Shown piece after piece: positions 56,546-64,000 of a DNA stretch of 64,000 nucleotides. Both the position numbers and the translations under genes were made by a program. Below the pieces are notes generated by a model. That model had not been told where the DNA came from, searched no databases, and saw nothing but the letters and a program-made list of their open reading frames with translations. Origin of the DNA: Octopus vulgaris (lineage: Eukaryota); assembly GCA_951406725.2 (NCBI GenBank), contig OX597823.1, forward strand, positions 51,894,001 through 51,958,000. Direction: 5' to 3'. Each line of letters opens with the position of its first letter. The first letter of the stretch is position 1.

Positions 56546-56925
56546 TTAATAAAAAGAATTCCAACCTTGTCTGATTTTCACGTTTTATTTACAATCTTAT
56601 AATGATATATTATAAGATAATATATTATAATTGAATAAAATAAAATGAAATAGTAGAATGTTAAATATTCATTCTGATTGAACTAGTACTTTCATGCATT
56701 GAATTCTGCAATCTTCGGGTTCATGTAGTAGTGTTGACAGTCATGCTTCACAATTTTTGACTGTAGCAAGATGAGTGATTCTGTGCTATAAATACAGCTG
56801 GGTAGGCTCCAGAGTGCTAGGTTTTGCAAACTGTATTCTGACCAATCAGTGTGTAGTATCACTCAATTACTTAAGCTGATTGGTTGGTTGAGCTGATTGG
56901 TTTAGGCATCACGCTTTGTACTACA

Positions 56926-56970
56926 TGAACCCGAAGATTGCAGAATTCAATGCATGAAAGTACTAGTTCA
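56926..56970 (+). ncRNA. Minimal type I hammerhead in the pLTR (copies 61197-61241 plus, 56679-56723 minus)
   Basis: TGAAC-CCGAAGA-TTGCA gaattcaa TGCAT-GAAA-GTAC-TA-GTTCA; the palindromic GTAC helix III is typical of PLE minimal HHRs. Confidence 0.8.
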
Positions 56971-57175
56971 ATCAGAATGAATATTTAACATTCTACTATT
57001 TCATTTTATTTTATTCAATTATAATATATTATCTTATAATATATCATTATAAGATTGTAAATAAAACGTGAAAATCAGACAAGGTTGGAATTCTTTTTAT
57101 TAATATATTCTTCTATACACAATCACACACACCCATATATATATATATCTATATTCCTATTGTGTATATGCCAAC

Positions 57176-58468
57176 ATGTCTGGAAAGCAACAAACAAAAT
57201 TAACAGAATCCGAAAGAATTCTAATGGAAATTTCATCGAAATTATCAACACTCATCACGATGATTGACACACAATCCTCTATTTTAAAGGAAATAGAAAA
57301 ACAGTCTACAGACGGAAAACTTGGAAATGAACACATAAACTCTGAAATTAAGAATTTAGCTGAAATGATACCAACAATTATAAAATCTACAAGAGAAAGC
57401 CTACCACAACCTCCTTGGATGTCAGAAATAAACGAAAGAAATCTGGAAAAAGAGGCACACCGAAAAAGAGAAGAGATACAGAAGACATGGAAAAAACTCC
57501 TTAACATAAGAAAACAAAACTTCTGGAAGGCATATAAATGCGAAAAATATGCTGAAATACATTCGAAATGGATATCTTTAGCGGCACCCATACTTCCTCG
57601 GAAGTACCTAATTAAAGAAATTGCAGGAGAACCAGAGGAAGAAACTAAACTTCGATGGGACCTTAGTTTGATAAAATTCAGGACCGACATCTCCATTACC
57701 CTGTCTAAACAATCCCGCTACAAAGCCAAATACGAAGCTATCGATGATCAAATCAGAGATGAAATATCCAAACTAACGACCGGCAATATAGCAGAAAAAA
57801 TGCGAGAACTATGGATCAGAGATATCTCAAAAGAAGAAAGCAGATCAAGAAAGTTTTGGCAGCGGAAACAATTATTTCTCGACAAATATGCTACAAATTA
57901 CGGTAAAGACACCAGAACTCCGAGAAATAGCATTAAAAGTGGACAACCTCACCAACGCAACATACACCAGAACACGTGGCAACATGAACACCCGTTTCAC
58001 CACGAATCGAAGACGAACTACGGTAAGAACTCTTCCCATTTTGTATGCAAACACCCTAATGCACACAACATGAACAAAAAGCACAAACAAAATAGATATT
58101 GTTTTGAACAAACCATTAGCAGTAGAAATAACAGGAGATCATTTTCAAGACCTCAACAGAGATTACCCACAAGAAACTGGACAAAAAACCGATCTAGATC
58201 TAGAAGTAAACCCAGATCATTTCTCCAGGTGGTTAAAAACAATGCTAACAAGAAATTGAAAAGTAGCATACATAATACCAAAAACAAGACAGAAAACATA
58301 ACGAAACCAAGTAAAGTACCACAACCAAAACGCAAAATTCATCAAGCAAACATCAACAGGAATATAAATCATAACCAGAAAAAAATCCATTTTTTTACGT
58401 CAGGACAACAAACACCGGAGAAAGAAAAAATCCAAGAGGAAACATACCCCAAACAACTGAACGTATAG
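57176..58468 (+). CDS. PLE ORF1, 430 aa; helical/coiled-coil-like N-terminal half and basic, RS-containing low-complexity C-terminal half
   Basis: Long complex ORF starting just after the 5' pLTR; E/K/I/L-rich helical composition, then RSRSRSKPRS. Confidence 0.8.
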   Translation: MSGKQQTKLTESERILMEISSKLSTLITMIDTQSSILKEIEKQSTDGKLGNEHINSEIKNLAEMIPTIIKSTRESLPQPPWMSEINERNLEKEAHRKREEIQKTWKKLLNIRKQNFWKAYKCEKYAEIHSKWISLAAPILPRKYLIKEIAGEPEEETKLRWDLSLIKFRTDISITLSKQSRYKAKYEAIDDQIRDEISKLTTGNIAEKMRELWIRDISKEESRSRKFWQRKQLFLDKYATNYGKDTRTPRNSIKSGQPHQRNIHQNTWQHEHPFHHESKTNYGKNSSHFVCKHPNAHNMNKKHKQNRYCFEQTISSRNNRRSFSRPQQRLPTRNWTKNRSRSRSKPRSFLQVVKNNANKKLKSSIHNTKNKTENITKPSKVPQPKRKIHQANINRNINHNQKKIHFFTSGQQTPEKEKIQEETYPKQLNV

Positions 58469-60702
58469 ATCCTAAAATAATTAATTTATCAAAAAGAGAT
58501 CTTGACAATGATGAAATCCAACTTCTGTCAAAAGGACTGAAATTCACACCTACACCAACAGCCAACCACCAAGAATTAAAGGAGGATATCCAAAAATTCT
58601 GTCGAAAATTACGACTTGTAGAATTCTTCGCTAACAAAAGTAATGAGATTGATGAATCCCTAGTAAGGAATAAATCAAATTTCACCCCACCAAAAGGAAG
58701 AAATAACTACCTTGACCAATACATTGATATCCTGTCTAAATTTCCCCTTAGACGCAATACCAATGTTAGGCCAAACATTAGCAAATCAGAGATGTCTGCA
58801 TGTAAACGTATACAAAACGATCAAACAATAATAATTAAACAAGCAGATAAAGGTGGTGCAATTGTTATTATGGATACCGAATACTATAAGGATTTGGTTG
58901 AAGACCAACTGAAGGATACAACCTTCTATTGTGAAATACCCGCAAATATAGACCACCACATCATGAAAAAGATCAACAACCTGATTTCAACACACCACAA
59001 CTCACTTACGGATAATGAAAAAGACTACATCACCAATTTTGAACCAAAACCCAGCAACTTCTACGGCTTACCAAAAATACACAAATCAAAAAACATTCAA
59101 CAGGCAGTAAAAGAACAAGAAAGTGAGTACATAAAATTATTACATCCAAAAGACCTAAAACTTAGACCTATTATAGCTGGTCCAGCATGCCCTACACACC
59201 GTCTAAGCAATTTTATTGACATTGTTTTGAAACCACTATGTACTTACATACCAAGTTTCATCAGGGATGACATCGACTTCCTGTCCCATCTTCCCAAAAC
59301 AACAGAAACAAATTCAGTTTTGCTAAGTTTTGATGTGGTAAGCCTCTACACCAATATTCCACACGATTTAGGAATAAAGGCGATTAAATACTGGTTAGAA
59401 AAACATAGAGAAGTGATTCCCAGCAGATTCACAGTGCCATTTATATTAGACACAGTCAAACTTATTCTAGAAAATAACACATTCTTCTTCAATGGAAAGA
59501 ATTACATCCAAATTAGAGGCACGGCGATGGGAACGAGGTTTGCTCCCGTTTACGCCAACTCTGTAATGGGATACTTAGAAGAACAACTCTACCAAGAGGT
59601 GGAGGTAAACTATGGCACTGGATTTAGAAAGTATATTGAAAAGGCATGGAAGAGATACCTAGACGACTGTTTCATAATCTGGACAGAATCTCTAAATACT
59701 CTGGAAGAGTTCAATATCCTCCTGAACAACCTACACCCATCTCTCAAATTTACAAAGGAGATGAGTAGTACCAAATTACCATTCCTGGATATAATGGTAA
59801 TTAAAAAAGACACCACCATCACCACAGATATATACTATAAACACACAGACACACATCAATACCTAAATTTTAAGTCGTGCCATCCACCACATACAAAACG
59901 TAACATCCCATACTGCCTAGCCAGAAGAATTTGTACTATTGTAGAAGATGCAAATATCAGGAACAAACGCCTAATAGAACTAAGAGAATTTTTGCTCAAA
60001 CAAAAATACCCATCTCTACTTATAGAAAATGGCATACAGCGGGCTATAAAAATACCTATACAACAACTTAGGACAACCCAAGGAAGAGGAAAACAAGAAC
60101 AAGTCATACCATTCATAGTGACACACAACCCATGTCACCAGAATATCTTCAACATTGCCAAAGCAAACCTTCCAATCATTGCCCAAAGTAATGAATTAAA
60201 AGACATAATCAAGGATCGAGCTATGGTGCTTAGTAAAAGACAGCCTAAAAACTTGAAAACATTACTAACAAAGGCAAAATTTGACCTCAGCAACAAAGAC
60301 CAAACATTCACGGTATCTAAATGCAATGATAGCCGATGTGGCACATGCCAATTCATACATACCGGTCAATATATAAACACAAAAACCGGGAAAATATTCA
60401 CAAACGCGAATATGAACTGCAAAAGCAGAAATTTAATTTACTGCATCAAATGCCCAAATTGTGAAGAAATATATGTAGGTCAGACGGGAAACGCACTATT
60501 AGAACGCTCACGTGTACACCGGCAACAGATTAGAGACCCAGAGGTCCGTCAGATACCTTTGAGTAACCACCTAGCAACATGTGGTCGGAAAATATATATA
60601 ATATTTCCATTCTATAAATTACACAGCCCAAGTGAAATCGAGAGGAAAATCAGAGAAAAGAATTTTATTGATAAATTCGAACCCAAGCTAAATAAGCAAT
60701 AA
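58375..60702 (+). CDS. PLE ORF2: reverse transcriptase plus GIY-YIG endonuclease (frame open from 58375; first ATG only at 58792)
   Basis: IINLS..LLSKGLKFTPTP and FCRKLRL lie upstream of the ATG; ADKGGAIV, FYGLPKIHK, RPIIAG, SFDVVSLYTNIP, GTAMGT, RYLDD, LPFLD, SCHP, CxxxxCxxC linker, LIYCIKCPNC..IYVGQT, H...H. Confidence 0.95.
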   Translation, partial: PEKNPFFYVRTTNTGERKNPRGNIPQTTERIDPKIINLSKRDLDNDEIQLLSKGLKFTPTPTANHQELKEDIQKFCRKLRLVEFFANKSNEIDESLVRNKSNFTPPKGRNNYLDQYIDILSKFPLRRNTNVRPNISKSEMSACKRIQNDQTIIIKQADKGGAIVIMDTEYYKDLVEDQLKDTTFYCEIPANIDHHIMKKINNLISTHHNSLTDNEKDYITNFEPKPSNFYGLPKIHKSKNIQQAVKEQESEYIKLLHPKDLKLRPIIAGPACPTHRLSNFIDIVLKPLCTYIPSFIRDDIDFLSHLPKTTETNSVLLSFDVVSLYTNIPHDLGIKAIKYWLEKHREVIPSRFTVPFILDTVKLILENNTFFFNGKNYIQIRGTAMGTRFAPVYANSVMGYLEEQLYQEVEVNYGTGFRKYIEKAWKRYLDDCFIIWTESLNTLEEFNILLNNLHPSLKFTKEMSSTKLPFLDIMVIKKDTTITTDIYYKHTDTHQYLNFKSCHPPHTKRNIPYCLARRICTIVEDANIRNKRLIELREFLLKQKYPSLLIENGIQRAIKIPIQQLRTTQGRGKQEQVIPFIVTHNPCHQNIFNIAKANLPIIAQSNELKDIIKDRAMVLSKRQPKNLKTLLTKAKFDLSNKDQTFTVSKCNDSRCGTCQFIHTGQYINTKTGKIFTNANMNCKSRNLIYCIKCPNCEEIYVGQTGNALLERSRVHRQQIRDPEVRQIPLSNHLATCGRKIYIIFPFYKLHSPSEIERKIREKNFIDKFEPKLNKQ

Positions 60703-61017
60703 TAATAATACTTAGAGGTATTACTTCCACTGCTACGACCATGACCACTAACAACAACAACAATACTAAAGGTGATCAAGACAAAGATAGCAGGAAAATT
60801 ATCTTATTTAGGGTTAAAAGTTCTATTGCCACCACCATCACCACTAGCAACAATAATTAAGGTGCTGACAATGATGATGATGACAATTGAAATATAAAAA
60901 TATAAAAATCTCTGACAAAGGATATTTACAACATTTCTAAAAATAACCCAACAATTGCTGCTTCGGCCAGGGTCAAGATACAGGACTCTTGACCTGTCCA
61001 ACAAAGCGTGATGCCTA

Positions 61018-61165
61018 AACCAATCAGCTCAACCAACCAATCAGCTTAAGTAATTGAGTGATACTACACACTGATTGGTCAGAATACAGTTTGCAAAACC
61101 TAGCACTCTGGAGCCTACCCAGCTGTATTTATAGCACAGAATCACTCATCTTGCTACAGTCAAAA
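61018..61165 (+). promoter_or_regulatory. Putative pLTR Pol II promoter (three CCAAT boxes and a TATA variant)
   Basis: AACCAATCAG twice, CTGATTGG, TATTTATA at 61126-61133 and an Inr-like sequence at about 61158-61162. Confidence 0.5.
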
Positions 61166-61420
61166 ATTGTGAAGCATGACTGTCAACACTACTACATGAA
61201 CCCGAAGATTGCAGAATTCAATGCATGAAAGTACTAGTTCAATCAGAATGAATATTTAACATTCTACTATTTCATTTTATTTTATTCAATTATAATATAT
61301 TATCTTATAATATATCATTATAAGATTGTAAATAAAACGTGAAAATCAGACAAGGTTGGAATTCTTTTTATTAATATATTCTTCTATACACAATCACACA
61401 CACCCATATATATATATATC

Positions 61421-61458
<38 letters not shown>

Positions 61459-63047
61459 CACACACATGAACACTATCATCGTGGAAATATGGCTTACTAA
61501 CATTTGCTGAGCTACTAAAATATTATGTGACGTTTTTCTGACAGTCACTAAACTAGCAAGAGACAACAAGAATATATTCCTTATGCTGCCAACTCATACA
61601 ATAATAAGCATACACACACACATGCTCAGGCATGCACACACGCATACACATGCATGCACACATACTCACATGCAAACATACTCATATGCACACACACACA
61701 TACAGACATGCCTAAGTGGAATATTAAAATATAATAATAAGCAAATATAAAATCTAAAGTATAATTTTACTGATGCATTTTTATCTCATTTGCTCAGAAA
61801 ACAAGCATTTTGATTTTCAAAATTACTATTCTAAATTATGTAATTACTCTAAATGACTTATATTTCTAACGAGTAAAAATTTCTCAGCATTTACCACAAT
61901 ACTTGTGGGCAAACAGCATTTTTAAGCTTTTCTGTCTGGAGCTAAAAAGAAGAAATTTCAGAATAAGCCACATAATCTATGATCATCTTGAAAAGGTGTC
62001 CCTCTACATATATTTTCAGTTAGCTGAACATGAAACTGTGGCCTCCAGCACGGAACATACATACAAAGATACAAACATATAGCTTTATACATTAAAACTT
62101 AGGGGTCGGGGTAAATCGATTACATTGACCCCCATTACTTGAGTGAAACTTATTTTATTGATACTGAAGGGATGAAAGACAAAGTCGACCTCAGCAGAAT
62201 TTGAACTCAGAACATAAAACCAGACGAAATGCCATTTAGCATTTTGGCCATTGTGTTAATAGTTGTGCCAGCTTGCCACAGTCCAGTGCTTATATTTGGT
62301 ATCTGAGGAGACAAGTTAAAACAACCTAATATATGTCAGTTTGTGCATAGATTATTTAATATTATCACATAAGAGTAAACAAAGAATCGTAATTAGTATA
62401 TTATATATACCTCTGCAACAAAAATCAATGTGATAGGATTGTAGACATAGTTGTCATTTAAACACATAAAATTCATCAAAATTCATTTATACTATGCTTG
62501 TGTTATAGTGACCTCAGATATCCTTCCTGGCTGAGTTAGATGTTCAGCATATATTTGGCAATCTGTATTAAAAGCATTTAACAGGGATAAGAGAATTAAA
62601 GACAGGGATAATACAAGATTTGTTAGAAGGTGGAGGCCTCACAATTAAGGCTATGATGATAAAGGCTTTTGCATTTTGGATGATGTTGAGAGTATAGCAT
62701 CAAAGATCAAATAGAGAGGAAATAGGAGATTAGTTAAAGCAAATGGAGATTTGCTTGGCAAAGGAACAGAATGCAAATGATGAGTTTGTAGGCTGTGTTC
62801 TATAGAGATATATGTTTTAGCCAGAAACAATCAACCCATGAAATCTTATCACAGATTATGTTGTTATTGTTCTTGGAAGAGTTATCGCAAAAGTGATAAA
62901 GTTTAAGAAATGTATTAACCTTATCATTAACTTGATTAAGATTTGTTTTGTTTCCTTGTTTCAACATTTCAGTTGATACATTCTCTGATTATTTTCAGAT
63001 GACATATTTTTACAATCAGATGTAAGCAAGCACACACATGCACGCAC

Positions 63048-63134
<87 letters not shown>

Positions 63135-63512
63135 CACACACAACACACACACACACACACACACATGCACACACAACACACACATACACACAAACACACA
63201 CATTCACGTGCATGCCACACATATACACATGCATGCACACACATACATACACACATACAGACAGACATGCACATACACTCACATGCATACACATGCATGC
63301 ATATATATGCATGCACACTCACACATATTTACACACAAACGTGCATATATATATATATAAACCAACACAGACACACAATATGTACCTTTAAACAACAGAG
63401 GAACATATATGCAAACATACATATTCAAATAAACACGTGTACATGCCTGCACACACACACACATCTATGTATAAATCTATATATACGTATACACACATAC
63501 ATACATATATAT

Positions 63513-63565
<53 letters not shown>

Positions 63566-64000
63566 TATACAAACAAAGGGTGCACAATGCAACTGTAGGC
63601 ATAAAACGTAAGGGAATAACATCACACAGCAAAAAACATCACACTCCAAGAGAAAAAGCATACAAGATGCATGAAAGAAAGACTCCTTTTAATAATGATG
63701 GACCTTATGCAGCCAGGAAAGCAATTGCATGCCCCATGACACCTGTTCTGCCCATCCACGAGCACATGACAATAATGTGCTACAAGTTGTTGGTATTGTT
63801 GGGATGCTGGCTTGCCCCAACCCACAGAAGTTTTCTAATGGAAGCAGCAGTGTTATCAATTCAAATCAGAAGGATTAGAAAGTCACAAAATGTTCACAAG
63901 GTTCTCCAGAGTCATGTAAGATATGAACAGACCTCTCTTCATCATGTAGGACAGGTATCTGATGTTTGTATGCATGCTGTATACATATGATAATGAAGAA

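Larger units (their letters stand above)
56541..61425 (+). mobile_element. Penelope-like retroelement (EN+, Naiad/Neptune-type architecture), apparently intact
   Basis: Inverted pLTR 56541-56919 (reverse complement of 61001-61379); partial direct pLTR 56920-57154 (matches 61191-61425, offset 4271); two long ORFs; (TA)n at both ends. Confidence 0.95.

Noticed and set aside
57157-57696. 179-aa antisense ORF
   Set aside because: Shadow of PLE ORF1 with no independent signal.
58022-58404. Intron from the GTAAGA donor at 58023 to the acceptor at 58403 fusing ORF1 and ORF2
   Set aside because: The phase-1 donor returns to the ORF1 frame, and other nearby donors also fail to reach the RT frame.
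60703-61000. SECIS / selenoprotein recoding as reported for some Naiad PLEs
   Set aside because: ORF2 has no in-frame TGA and no convincing SECIS stem is visible.

Overview
AT-rich eukaryotic DNA crowded with microsatellites and SINEs. The tRNA-headed SINE families and (GAT)n-tailed LINE ends suggest a cephalopod, probably Octopus (inference). No host gene is securely identified, and most ORFs in the track are microsatellite translations. The main coding element is an apparently intact Penelope-like retroelement (56541-61425) with RT and C-terminal GIY-YIG domains. It has an unusual 430-aa upstream ORF that overlaps the ATG-less RT frame at an in-phase U_UUU_UUU site, and pLTRs carrying a minimal hammerhead ribozyme (HHR). 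Around it are many non-coding HHR-bearing inserts. The most notable is a 360-bp tandem retrozyme-like array (46071-47885) with five type I hammerheads and a second, covarying RNA motif that is shared with two diverged relatives (about 48.0 kb and 54.0 kb). Most of these inserts sit in (TA)n tracts as head-to-head inverted pairs, like the autonomous element. Also present: a deleted Gypsy LTR element, a mariner relic, hAT- and piggyBac-type MITEs, a non-autonomous Helitron, a 20-bp minisatellite grown from a MITE end, and local duplications. All structures were read by eye; no folding or database searches were run.
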